From assembly GCA_964016885.1 (NCBI GenBank), contig OZ024743.1:7998001-8062000 (forward strand): a stretch of DNA of 64,000 nucleotides, given 5' to 3'. The stretch is from Eledone cirrhosa (taxonomy: Eukaryota). Below, in pieces: positions 1-15,327 of this stretch. Each line of letters begins with the position of its first letter. Position 1 is the stretch's first letter. Made by a program: the position numbers and the translations under genes. Under the pieces are notes generated by a model, which saw only the letters and a program-made list of their open reading frames with translations, had not been told where the DNA came from and ran no database searches.

Positions 1-229
1 TCCTATCTGAATAATATAGATATCTGAAAGAGGTATATATCGTGGTAAAAGCAAAAATGCCGAAATCAGTTTGTATTATGAGAGAAGTGGTGGTTCACAT
101 TTCCTACAGATATACAAACTGATGCAGAGTGAAAATATTAATAGGTTATACAATCTCTTAAAGCAAGCTTATAGACCAACCGTATGTACAATATTTCCAT
201 TTAGATTCCTCTGCTCTTCAATTGACGAA

Positions 230-1580
230 TTTGCTACTCGATGGAAAGAGAATTTCAGAAGAATTACTTCATTATGTCCCTCACATAAGGATAACAAACT
301 TTCAACAAACATCTGTGATAGCCAACACAAAAAATATTCATAAGGCTATAGGACATTTAAACCCAGGAAAAGTATCTGGTTATGACAGTTTAGGAGCAGA
401 AATCATGTGGTGGTTCTCGCATAGTTTAAATCGGACACGATTTAATTTCTAACATTAAAACAAGAAGGAGGGTTCTAAAGAATTTGCGAGACGCTGTGAT
501 TTTATCATTTTACTAGGATAAATGTGTCCGGGAGGTAATTCCAGAAGTATCACTTCTTTATGCAGTTGGAAAGCTTCTTTCCGAAAGTTTATTTTCACGT
601 TTAAATGATATTGAATAGAATACACTTTCAAATTGATAGTGTGGTTCACATCTAAACCAAGATATCACGGATATGTTTACAGTACAAAAATTGTAGGAGT
701 AATGCAAGGACAAATATGACCTGGTACAGGGGGTTGTAGATCTGACGAAGGCCTTTGATACTGTCAATAATGAGGATATGTGGACTATATTTAGCTTATT
801 CGTTTCTCCAAATAATTGTCTAAGGTCTACACGGCCATTCTATGAAGATATGGAGGTCCACGTAAATGTTGGGAACATTCTTACAGACCAAAAATAGTTG
901 AGAAGGAAGTAAAGGAGGGCAAACCTATCACATACACAGTTTTCAGTATATATCCTATTAGTTTATTGCTTGCAGTGGAAGATTTAACCCACGTATTAAT
1001 AACATAAAAGACAAAGGGAAAGTTGTTTAACACAAAACGATTCTTTCCAAATTTAAGAGGTTTAACAAACTGGAATGGGATTTTTACTAAGTTGATGCCT
1101 GTGATCTTATGTAAACTGCAGAGAATATACTTGTGCATAGACTCACTGCTCTCTGCAAAACCTGGTCTCCAACTAAACATTGGAAAAACTGCTGTAATGT
1201 TTCAATGCTCTAAGCAATGAATATCTCAAGCCAAAGATTTTTATTGACGCTTACCAGCCAAATTCATGTACCCAAGAAGTGCATTGAAACTTAAACCTTC
1301 ATTGCTCAATAGACTATGAAATATCTTTACGTCTCAAAAACATCTGAAATTCTTGGAATGTTTTTATAAGTGTTGCTTCCGTATTACATTGAACATACAT
1401 TCCTGACACTGAAATCCTTGGGAACGTTTACACAGTTAGTGTCGAGACTCATATACATCACCACAAGTTAAGTTGGACTGGATACACTGTAAGATAGAAT
1501 GATAAATGTATGTCAAAATTTACGGTGAGCTACGTGAATGTAAACACATAAAACATAAACCTCAAATACGTTTTAAGAAT
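230..1580 (+). pseudogene. Degenerate non-LTR retrotransposon (RTE-like) reverse transcriptase remnant
   Basis: Broken frames still show KAIGHLNPGKVSGYD, VDLTKAFDTV (~736-766), PGLQLNIGKT and a 3' YGEL...KPQIRFK-like segment. Many stops and frameshifts. Confidence 0.65.
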
Positions 1581-2242
1581 TTCATTTGTATTTCACTGAC
1601 TCTTTTCAATATTTTAGAAGAAAACTGAGAATCAACAACAAATTGAAATATTATTTAATACCTAACGGCTCAACATCGGACAGCTGCGTATCATTCTGTT
1701 ACACCTCACAACAAATCAAGAGGCTTTCTCTTATTAACACGCATCTTATTCAGAATATTTGCCGTTATAAACTAAAATGTTTGTTAAAATATTTACCTTC
1801 GATGTCTGACATCTCCAATTCAATAATCTGACATCGAAGGTAAATATATTATTTATATTTTTTAATAGATTCTGAAGAAATCACTACAGAGGAGAAAGAT
1901 GGAACATCTTACTATATTGATAGAAACGTTCGTAAATCAATTAAATAATTTAATGTAATTTAATCCTTGTTATTTTATTCTTTTTTTATATATGCTCTGT
2001 GATTGGAAATTAACTGATTGGATTAAACTCTGACCTACCATTTACCTATCTTGCTGTGGACTATAAAATCACATTTGAGCTTTGAATTATTCTTTGCCTT
2101 ATATGGTGGTGTTATTAACTTGTCTAAACTATTTTATATATACATACATACTTATATATTACTAGTTTTGCTCAATGAAGGAATTAATAAAAATCAATTA
2201 GTCAGAGCTTAATAGAATTATATGTGGGAAACGTAAACATGA

Positions 2243-2635
2243 TCAAATAAAAATTTACCAACTTACTTTGATGTTCCAACAGCAATTTCGCCGCGTAATT
2301 GCAGTTTTGAATATTCTAATAATTTGGGATATTCTCCACTGTGAGATTTCGCAGCTCCCAAGGGAACTTCTCAATCCAAGAAAGAATTCTTTCGAGTGAT
2401 CCGTTGCCAGCGGTATTTTCGATTGGGAGAATTATCACGTGATTATCAACAGAAGGGTTGCAATAAGTGGACAATGGTGAGTGACGGCTGCTAAAAGGAG
2501 CAGTCCGTTTCAGCCTAATGTTTCACTCAACCGTAAGGTAGAGGTGGGTGCGGGGCGATGGGGGGAATCAAAACTGTAATTATGTAGCGAAACTGCAGTC
2601 GGGAGAGCGAAGTAAATTAGTACATTTTTATTTTA
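2243..2635. repeat. Old diverged head-to-head inverted repeat ending at (TA)n, with a hammerhead-like 3' half
   Basis: 2243-2310 is an imperfect reverse complement of 2568-2635. The right arm contains GAAAC-TGCA-GTC. Confidence 0.55.
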
Positions 2636-3006
2636 TTCTCTTTAATTTTCCCACATATAATTATATATATATATATATATATATACGTGTTGTATATTGA
2701 ATAATATACGGGATGTTTATGAAAACATTTAATAGCATTTCGCTCCTCATCTATTCTAGCCCATTGACTTCTACTTCATTGTTATATATATACCTTTAAG
2801 TACACAGACGTACATGTATACTTCGTCGAGTGCTCTATCTTGCGTACACTAGTGTCAGTTGATTAACTAACACAAAATATACCAAGTATATATAAATATA
2901 TATATATACATAACAAAGAAGGTGTAGTAAGATACTAGGTGGACCATAACGCACCAGAGTACTCGATGCGGCCGGAGCTCAGCCGTCCGAATCCTGACTC
3001 TTTTCA

Positions 3007-3077
<71 letters not shown>

Positions 3078-3080
<3 letters not shown>

Positions 3081-3255
3081 AAAATGTTCAAGACCCCGAC
3101 GGCAGAGCTAAAGCCGTTTCGATGGCTATTTCTGGACTAGAAATAACCGTCGAAACGGCTTGAGCTCTGCCGTTGGGGTCTTGAACATTTTTCTATTATC
3201 CACTCTACTACTCTGGTGCGTTCCACCTTGTTCCTTACCACACTTCCTTCGTTAT
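3078..3255. mobile_element. Palindromic PLE 3'-end cassette in (TA)n (family also at ~2925-3005, 26838-27020, 57290-57406)
   Basis: Inverted arms centred at ~3136. Each arm reads GAAAC-GGC-loop-GCC-GTY (hammerhead stem III plus cleavage triplet). The motif ggtggaccataacgcacca is shared between copies. Confidence 0.65.
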
Positions 3256-3915
3256 ATATATATATATATATATATATGCGCGCGCGCGCGCGTGTGTGTG
3301 TGTGTGCGTGTGTGAGTGTCTGTATGAATATATAAATTGCGTTGGCTTCTGTGTCTCTGGTATCATCTCGATCTAAATTCCACACTATAATTCACTCCTG
3401 GTATCATAACTTGACCGATTGAATTTCTTTTGATTTGTTGAGCGAGGTGCTGCTGTTTTTATCATCTTACCCCAAACACCCCGATAGACCATTTCTTGTC
3501 AGATAAATGTCGAACGCAGACGCACAGCTTCGCCTCAGTATAGACATGAGAATTTGGGGCTGTCAGTAGAACTATCTCTTGAAAAGTACCCCCGAGTCTT
3601 AATTTGATAATAATCAATTTCCAATATTTGTAGTTGGCAAAGGTTTTCGAGGATCGAAACCAAATTCTTTCCAAATGATAAAAGAGAAAATATTTCAACA
3701 CGTTCTTAGTTAAACTGTTGGAATTCTTAAATATCTTTGATGGTTATCTGCCATTTTTGATCCATACGGGTGACGGTTTCATATGAACAAACCATTATGG
3801 ATACCCACGCACGTGGCTTCGTTATTGTTGAGCAGTTCTTTAAGAAGCAAGCAAGATCGAAAAACTGCTTGGCTTCTGTGCCTCTGGCATTATACCAATC
3901 TAAATTCCCCACTAT

Positions 3916-3956
<41 letters not shown>

Positions 3957-4012
3957 CATACATAAATACACACACACGCACACATACACACACATACACA
4001 TATATATATATG

Positions 4013-4065
<53 letters not shown>

Positions 4066-4070
4066 TTATG

Positions 4071-4116
<46 letters not shown>

Positions 4117-4455
4117 CTTGTTTATACATATTTATGTCCGGAACTGATTTTTTATTTATTTCCCTATGCAATATAAAGCTCTACATGATATATTATTTTT
4201 TTTTTATGTATGCATAGACACATACATACATACATGCATACATACATACATGCATACATACATAAATACATGCATACAAGCAGACATACATACATATATA
4301 CATATATACATAAATGTATATGTACGTGCAGATACTTGAAAATGTTTGAAGAAATTTAATAAAAAATATATATGTTAATAAACCCATGTGAGCTTACATG
4401 CGCGCCATGTGTTTATAATCAAGCAGGAATGTAATCCTCTTTATAATTCTCATGT

Positions 4456-4602
<147 letters not shown>

Positions 4603-4624
4603 TGTATGTATGTATTTATGTATG

Positions 4625-4786
<162 letters not shown>

Positions 4787-4864
4787 TAGATATATGTATA
4801 TATGTATATATGTATATATATATATATATATGTATGGAACTCATCGTCGTTTCTGACGATGACT

Positions 4865-5045
4865 GCTCTAGTTGATTCAATCAACAGAACTGCCTGCTCG
4901 TGAAATTAGCATGTAAGTCGCTGAGCATTCCACAGACATGTGTACCTTTAAAATAGTTCTTAGTGGGATTCAGCGGGACACTGTCTGTGGCAAGTATGGT
5001 CTCTTCAATTACATGTACAACGTATTTTTGCCAGCCCAGTGGACA
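4865..5045 (-). mobile_element. SINE fragment (mirror copy at ~6066-6246, + strand; related to 53930-54270)
   Basis: The segment gctgagcattccacagacatgtgtacc...tttttgccagcccagtggac resembles an octopus SINE body, recognised from memory. Confidence 0.55.
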
Positions 5046-5180
5046 TATGATATGTCACCGGTGCTTTGAGAAAGCAACACCAAATATAAGCCCACAGCAC
5101 ATCAATGAATTGAAACAACAGAAATAAACCGTATTTCTTCTTTACGTTTTCCTGTTGTTTTTTTCTGTTCAACTTCTAGA

Positions 5181-5235
5181 TGTCTGATGAGGTTATAACT
5201 GTTACATAACGGTTATCACCGAAATATATATAACA
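5181..5235 (+). ncRNA. Type I hammerhead ribozyme (mirror copy at ~5876-5930, - strand)
   Basis: TGT-CTGATGA-GGTtATAACTGT/ACGGTTATcACC-GAAA-TATATA-TA-ACA. The core is intact and stem II is long. Confidence 0.75.
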
Positions 5236-5385
5236 GCGATTATGAATAAATGAAATGTATTATAACCTGTTGACTCCGGAATAAACAAACCCACTTGTGT
5301 ACTACATCGAGTGCTCCACCTGCATAGTAAAGTGTCGGTGATACACTAACACATACTCTACTTAATTATATGTATATATATATAC

Positions 5386-5445
<60 letters not shown>

Positions 5446-5461
5446 GTATATATTTATATTT

Positions 5462-5629
<168 letters not shown>

Positions 5630-5631
5630 CA

Positions 5632-5712
<81 letters not shown>

Positions 5713-6328
5713 GTATATATATTATATATATATATATACATATAATTAAGTAGAGTATGTGTTAGTGTATCACCGACACTTTACTATGCAGGTGGAGCAC
5801 TCGATGTAGTACACAAGTGGGTTTGTTTATTCCGGAGTCAACAGGTTATAATACATTTCATTTATTCATAATCGCTGTTATATATATTTCGGTGATAACC
5901 GTTATGTAACAGTTATAACCTCATCAGACATCTAGAAGTTGAACAGAAAAAAACAACAGGAAAACGTAAAGAAGAAATACGGTTTATTTCTGCTGTTTCA
6001 ATTCATTGATGTGCTGTGGGCTTATATTTGGTGTTGCTTTCTCAAAGCACCGGTGACATATCATATGTCCACTGGGCTGGCAAAAATACGTTGTACATGT
6101 AATTGAAGAGACCATACTTGCCACAGACAGTGTCCCGCTGAATCCCACTAAGAACTATTTTAAAGGTACACATGTCTGTGGAATGCTCAGCGACTTACAT
6201 GCTAATTTCACGAGCAGGCAGTTCTGTTGATTGAATCAACTAGAGCAGTCATCGTCAGAAACGACGATGAGCTTCCATACATATATATATGAATATACAT
6301 ATATACATATATACATATATATATATCT

Positions 6329-6380
<52 letters not shown>

Positions 6381-6610
6381 ACTGTTATAGAAACACGTGT
6401 CAATAAATTCCTTTCAACTAAACTGTATCCATTCAAATCTTTCTATTTTTCTCCGGATTACTTTTGGAACTACAACTGGAACCGTCGAGCAAACTCTACG
6501 TGAGCTGATAATCTACTGTGTGTAATATTTATATTACAACACAACGGAAAATACTGTATATTTACCTCCTGTAAAGTCGAGCAACCCACACAGCAAACGC
6601 AACCACAACA

Positions 6611-8932
6611 ATGGAAAAACACAACCTGGATATGTCACTCAAAAACATACCAACCCAAGGTAGAAAGGAATATTTATTGAGTATGATTAAAAAAACTAAT
6701 GAATTCATTCGACGTGTCAGGTGGAAAACGCTCCACTATGATAGAAGCCGTATGAACTCAACATTAGAAAGTGGTGTAAACAACAAATTCGGTTTTAGGA
6801 CTTGTAAAAACCCACCCACCAACCCACTATTAGATGCATTTGAGCAGGACCTTATGAACTTAATCCTTAAAATTAAATTCAAAGAACGCAACACCAACAG
6901 CAAATTACAGAAAGATATAAAAAAACTACTGGACGACCTTAAAAACACCAAAGGAATTGTAGTAAAAGCGGACAAAACATCAAACCTGTACACTATGGAT
7001 TGCACTACATACAACAACTTCATTCGAAAAGAATTACATAAAAAATATAGAAAAACGAGTGAAGTAACCCTTAAGCACATCAATGATGAGGCATGCGAAA
7101 TAGTGAAAAATCTCGGAATCGAAGATAGGACAGGACCACTCTTACCGGCGGTACCCACCTTCAATCTTAAGGACCACAAGGTAAACTTTGATAATGACCC
7201 TAAAATTAGATTAATCTGCCCCTCTAAATCAGATATAGGTAAAATAAGCAAATATATCTTAGATAGAATCATCCCCCAAATTAAGGCTAAGGTTAACATT
7301 AAACTCTGGGGGAAGACCCAAGAAGCAATAAGATGGTTTAATAGCATTAGCAATAAGAATAAATCTAAGTTTATCCAGTTTGATATCGATGAATATTACT
7401 CATCGATATCACCTGAAACTTTGAATAGAGCCATTAAGTTTGCTAAGGATAACTCTGACCTTACAAACGATGAAATTAAGATTATATTAGAAGCTAGGAA
7501 AACTATAGTCAAATTTGAGAACAGTTATTGGGTACGTAAAGATAGACCCTCTAACTTCGACATAACAATGGGCTCTAACGATTCGGCGGAAATAACTGAT
7601 ATTGTGGGGTTATTTATCGCCTTTAGACTCCAGGAAAAATTCAGCAATCTCCACGGCTGAATATACCGCGACGATGTTCTCCTCCTAGCTAAAAACCTTA
7701 ATAACCAAAAACTAGAAAAACTACGCAAAGATATAAGAAAACTACTACTCGAAATAGGACTAACTATAACATATGAATACAACCTTAAAGTAGTTAACTT
7801 CCTGGATGTCACACTCAATTTAAACTCTGGTTTGATTAAACCGTTTCATAAATTGAATGAAAATCTCAAATACGTAAATGTTGGGTCTAACCACCCCATC
7901 TCTATAATTAAATCTATCCCTAAAAATATTTCCCTTAGAATCTCGGGTCTATCTTCTAACATACAAGTATTTAAGGAACACGCCGAGTACTACGATAACG
8001 CCCTTAGTAAAGCAGGCTACCTCAACAAAATAGAGTACATAGATGGGAACAATCAAAACACCCAAAATAAATCCCACATAGGTAGATATAATAACACAAC
8101 ACCAAACCACACTTACTACCATAGTATGCACACCAGTAAACCAACAAACAAAACTAATAGAAAGCGATGCAAAGAGTACTTATGGTATAACCCCGAATAC
8201 AATAGTTCCATTAGTACAAATTTACCAGTACTCTTCTTTAAAATAATTAAAAGACATTTTCCTACATCACACAAATACCACAAAATCCTAAACCCTACCA
8301 CTATAAGACTGTCATACTCTACAGCGTTAAACCTTGAACAACACATAAAAAAGATCAATACTAGAAGGTTAAACGAAAACACTAAAAACTTAAGTACAAA
8401 GAACACAAAAAAAACAGTAGACAATACACTACAGAACATAAATAAACCACACCTAAGTTCGTCCGCAATACTACTCCAGAGAAAACCCAACGTACACAAC
8501 TGTAACTACACCTATCCTGACAACTGCCCCCTCGGCAATAACTGCCTGGAAAAAAATATTATTTATAAGTGTACCATTAAATCCGGAGGCAACGAGTGGT
8601 ATTACGTGGGATCAACGGCAACATCGTTTAAATCTCGATTGTATAGGCATTCTTACTCAATAAAACACCAGAGCCAAAGAAATGTAACAACTTGAGCAGA
8701 AAAAGCTTGGACGCTCAGGGATAGCGATCAAAAGTTTACCCTAAAATGGGAGAAATTAGCTAAAACCCAAAGCTTTTCCAGGAGCCAAAATTTCTGCAAA
8801 TTATGTAATCTTGAGATTTATTACATAATCACACACAAGAAGAAACTGCTGAATAACAGAATTGAACGAACATTATTCTGCCGTCACAGAACTAAAACCC
8901 TTTTTTCCCACTACAAGCCGAATATTACATAA
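6611..8932 (+). pseudogene. PLE polyprotein (RT + GIY-YIG endonuclease), 773 codons in one frame with two internal TGA stops (7658, 8693)
   Basis: Motifs KADKT, FDIDEYY, MGSNDSAE, YRDD, FLDV, WYNP, CN..CPL...C, IIYKC..YVGST..FKSR, CKLC and CRH. ORFs 6611-7660 and 7832-8695 share a frame that continues to TAA at 8930-8932. Confidence 0.92.
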
Positions 8933-9212
8933 AAGAGGGACATCCCCCAACTATATAAACCTTAATCTAGTTAGAAAAATATAAAAACAATCTCTTCTCA
9001 ACATATATTAATAACCTTAAATTACCACACTAATAATGGAAAGATATGCTGATGAGAATAGGTGCAAATATGCGATAATGAATGTGTCTAAAAACATCCA
9101 TAAGTATGTATATATATGTGAAAATGTATATAAATAAGTAAATATATATATATGTTTGATGTGTATAGTTAGATGTAAGTGTATTCATGTATTAAAGTGC
9201 TTATATATATAT

Positions 9213-9257
<45 letters not shown>

Positions 9258-9813
9258 ATATGTGTATATGGATGGGTATGTATGTGTATGTGTGTACACA
9301 TGGACTAGAGTATGTATGTATATATGTGTGTGTCTATACGTGTGTATGTAAAGATAAGTTGAGTATGAAAATGTATACACATGAGCGCGTATGTATGTAC
9401 ATGAATACATGTGTGTATATATATGTGTATGCATGTGTATATATATGTAAGTATGAATATGTGAATTGTGTGTATATGTATTTTGTAGAGGTGTGCAAAT
9501 ATATTTGTGTGTGAATGCGTGGGTGAAAGGATACGTACACTTGAAAGAAAAATTTAAGTTTGAATGTTAATTAAGTGCAAACACAAAACCAACCACGCAT
9601 ATCTTTACTATCTCTAATCCTTCTATAGATTTAGAAAAATAACCAATAATATATTCTATAAAAAATGTCAAAACAACAGATGGGAATCTAATTACTCACT
9701 GCCACCAAGAATTCTCACTGCTATCGAAAAACCACTCCTTCAACTATTCTTCTAACAACTTCACCCCTCCCTCCTAATATTCTCTATAAAAACTAAATAG
9801 GTCCTCAGTAATA

Positions 9814-9933
9814 TTATTCTGATGAAATGACAGTAAATAATAACATTGAAATATTGAATGTCTGCATAACTAAAAGTTTGTAGATAGCAGCTGTTTTAGG
9901 TTATGTAACTGTTATAGAAACACGTGTCAATAA
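9814..9933 (+). ncRNA. Type I hammerhead ribozyme with extended, branched stem II
   Basis: TTATT-CTGATGA-aATGACAGT...ACTGTTATa-GAAAC-ACGT-GTC-AATAA. Predicted cleavage is after 9928. Confidence 0.8.
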
Positions 9934-9988
9934 ATTCCTTTCAACTAAACTGTATCCATTCAAATCTTTATATATATATATATATATA

Positions 9989-10323
9989 GAAAGATTTGAA
10001 TGGATACAGTTTAGTTGAAAGGAATTTATTGACACGTGTTTCTATAACAGTTACAATCATTATTCTGATGAAATGACAGTAAACAATAACATTGAAATAT
10101 TGAATGTCTGCATAACTAAAAGTTTGTAGATAGCTGTTTTAGGTTATGTAACTGTTATAGAAACACGTGTCAATAAATTCCTTTCAACTAAACTGTATCC
10201 ATTCAAATCTTTCTATTTTTCTCCGGATTACTTTTGGAACTACAACTGGAACCGTCGAGCAAACTCTACGTGAGCTGATAATCTACTGTGTGTAATATTT
10301 ATATTACAACACAACGGAAAAAA

Positions 10324-10328
<5 letters not shown>
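9989..10328 (+). mobile_element. Second short insertion of the same PLE family: inverted fragment (9989-10055) joined to a direct pLTR copy (10056-10328) with hammerhead at 10060-10176
   Basis: Matches 9812-9968 and 6377-6560, and is flanked by (TA)n. Confidence 0.85.
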
Positions 10329-10360
<32 letters not shown>

Positions 10361-10387
10361 ATATATTTATATTGTATATATATATGT

Positions 10388-10499
<112 letters not shown>

Positions 10500-10675
10500 T
10501 ACACAATAATCAAAACTATGTTCAAAACATTTTATTGCTGACAATCGTTTCTTCCAAACTTTCGTTTGAAATCATCGGAGCACTAGCAAAGCTTGGACAT
10601 ATAATTAACTTCCTATTCAACTGAACAATCATATAGATACATGGATATTAATGTTGTCAACAACAGTTTCATATT

Positions 10676-10795
10676 TACAGAGTGGAATGGATGTGACAGA
10701 GATTACAAGAGAATTGTATAATACTTAAAGAGGCACAGAGTGGAATGCATATGACAAAGATTGCAAGAGAATAGTATAATAATTAAAGAGGCATT
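10676..10795 (+). repeat. Two-copy ~58-bp tandem duplication
   Basis: acagagtggaatg...aaagaggca occurs twice. Confidence 0.8.
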
Positions 10796-11051
10796 AATGC
10801 AGAAAGTTACTCGTAAAACGAGGACACTAGCAGTACATATGCAAGCGTATAGAGAGTGTAAATGCGTTAGGCATATACAGGACAGCTAGGTAGTAAAGAA
10901 GCAATGGTACTAGGCATATATAATTACTGTATGGCAAAGGTATCACATAAAATAACACAGGTTTACAAGCATATCAAGCAGACAAAGATGTTTGTGTATT
11001 CAAATTATGAGTTTATGGTGGATGTATATAGTGTATATATATATATATATA

Positions 11052-13453
11052 GTTACGGTAAATATTGATGCAATTCAATTCAAGCACTCAACGTATTTAT
11101 TCCACATAGGAGTGACAGAGTAAATATCGAATAAGGAAAAGCGAACTAGTTTCAGATGTTCAAACTTTTAATAATAATGCTGTGATATATATTTCAATGG
11201 CGACAGTGGCCACACTGTTCCGTGCGCCAGTGTCGCGACATCGCAAGACAGCTTGTTACATAATAAGGTTATGTTTCCGAGGCAATCAAAATTGAATCGA
11301 CATGGGAACGGACGAAGTGTGTGCTCTTGGGTTCTTCATCCATTCCCCTGTGAGTACCAATTCACCCCCACCGGTCTGCGCAGGCGCAGGTCCGAAGGAA
11401 GTTGACCATTATCTACCGCAGATTTCAACGAAATTCGCTTAATCAGTGCCCGCTCTCAGCCAAACAATGACCCATTCTGGCCTGTAATATAGCTTACTGC
11501 TACCTACCCCGTCTGTGTCAGTCGAGAGCCAGTGGGGATGGGAGAGTGTGAGTATCTATAGGTCTGAATACTACCTCTCATTAAGCATGGACACTATAAT
11601 TGACCATCAACCTCCAAGAGAAAATATACTTAATTCTATGTATCATGGTTTCACGGTGGAAGTTATGAATGAGAGTTGGAAATTATAACTAAAAATTAAA
11701 GTTTAAAATCTAAAATCAGAAATCAAATATCAAATATTAAAAATTAGAAATTAAAAATTAATAATTTTTCAAGTGAGAATCTGGATTGAGGTGAGTAAAA
11801 AAATATAGATTGAAGTGAATAAATAATATGCAGAGAGATGTTTAAGTAAGAAGTTTTGAAATGGGTATTACTGTTACAATTATATTATCTATATACTGAA
11901 CGATAGTACCGTACAGTAGAACGGAGGGTAAATTACGGTATGAAAGGTAGCATTTAGTCGGGTATATAGTTAGAATTTCCATCACATGGAACACAACCAA
12001 AAAAAAAACAACTAATTAATGAATAAATGCAAAAACATATAGAGTACATATATGCAAAATGAGATAGAAGATCAATATGATTGTCAATTTGTCCATGGAT
12101 ATTTTGAATTGAGGGGACTTCCGTTCAAATGCGATTTGGTGCAGGAAAATAGGGGTTTATCTTTGTTTTTGTTTCCGCGTATTTATCCTGCCGAAAGTTA
12201 TTATTATGTCCGTCCAGTATCAGGGGTTTCATCCCCATGGTAGGGGGGATTTCCGGATGTAGCTCGTGGCTGGTTCCTCTCCTTTCCACCATATCGGTTA
12301 CATCATAGAGCGCTCAACTAATTGGAGCTAAATTCTTAGGGTAAACATTGATGCAATTCAATTCAAGCACTCAACGTATTTATTCCACATAGGAGTGACG
12401 GAGTAAATATCGAATAAGCAAAAGCGAACTAGTTTCAGATGTTCAAGTCTTTTAATAATAATACTGTGATATATATTTCAATGGCGACAGTGGTCACACT
12501 GTTCCGTGCACCAGTGTCGCGACATCGTCAGACAGCTTGTTACATAATAATATAATTTTTTCCTTTTGTGTACGTTATATCGTTTTTTTTTTTGGTTGTG
12601 TTCCATGTGATGGAAATTCTAACTATGTACCCGACTAAATGCTACCTTTCATACCGTAATTTACCCTCCGTTCTACTGTACGGTACTATCGTTCAGTATA
12701 TAGATAATATAATTGTAACAGTAATACCCATTTCAAAACTTCTTACTTAAACATCTCTCTGCATATTATTTATTCACTTCAATCTATATTTTTTTACTCA
12801 CCTCAATCCAGATTCTCACTTGAAAAATTATTAATTTTTAATTGTTAATTTTTAATTTCTAATTTTTAATATTTGATATTTGATTTCTGATTTTAGATTT
12901 TAAACTTTAATTTTTAGTTATAATTTCCAACTCTCATTCATAACTTCCACCGTGAAACCATGATACATAGAATTAAGTATATTTTCTCTTGGAGGTTGAT
13001 GGTCAATTATAGTGTCCATGCTTAATGAGAGGTAGTATTCAGACCTATAGATACTCACACTCTCCCATCCCCACTGGCTCTCGACTGACACAGACGGGGT
13101 AGGTAGCAGTAAGCTATATTACAGGCCAGAATGGGTCATTGTTTGGCTGAGAGCGGGCACTGATTAAGCGAATTTCGTTGAAATCTGCGGTAGATAATGG
13201 TCAACTTCCTTCGGACCTGCGCCTGCGCAGACCGGTGGGGGTGAATTGGTACTCACAGGGGAATGGATGAAGAACCCAAGAGCACACACTTCGTCCGTTC
13301 CCATGTCGATTCAATTTTGATTGCCTCGAAACATAACCTTATTATGTAACAAGCTGTCTTGCGATGTCGCGACACTGGCGCACGGAACAGTGTGGCCACT
13401 GTCGCCATTGAAATATGTATCACAGCATCTGAAACTACTTCGCTTTTCCTTAT

Positions 13454-13455
<2 letters not shown>
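11052..13455. mobile_element. Non-coding composite element in (TA)n: ~210-bp direct repeats (11057-11266, 12340-12550) plus ~875-bp inverted repeat (11129-12009 / 12582-13455)
   Basis: Sequence matches read directly. There is no substantial ORF, and the element is flanked by (TA)n and (TC)n(TA)n. Confidence 0.85.
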
Positions 13456-13548
<93 letters not shown>

Positions 13549-13659
13549 ATGTATATATATATATATAAATATATATGAAAGTTAGAGTTAATAACTCTTA
13601 CTGAAACCCTGTAATCAGTAAGCTCAAAGCATAAATACCGAGCATTATAATAATAATAT

Positions 13660-15290
<1,631 letters not shown>

Positions 15291-15327
15291 GTGTATATGT
15301 GTGTGTGTGAGTGAGTGTACGTGTGTG

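Larger units (their letters stand above)
6377..9968 (+). mobile_element. Full-length Penelope-like retroelement (Naiad-like) with direct pseudo-LTRs, inserted in (TA)n
   Basis: 6377-6441 is repeated at ~9904-9968. There is a single RT+GIY-YIG frame, a hammerhead in the 3' repeat, and (TA)n on both sides. Confidence 0.9.

Noticed and set aside
6736-8499. Minus-strand ORFs opposite the PLE (also 57642-58248 and 48459-49233)
   Set aside because: Antisense shadows of real coding frames, with no motifs.
6611-8932. Group II intron, retron or other bacterial RT system
   Set aside because: The C-terminal GIY-YIG, pLTRs and eukaryotic repeat context identify it as a Penelope-like element.
9048-9070. 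CTGATGA in the PLE 3' UTR
   Set aside because: No matching stem II, GAAA or stem I could be found.
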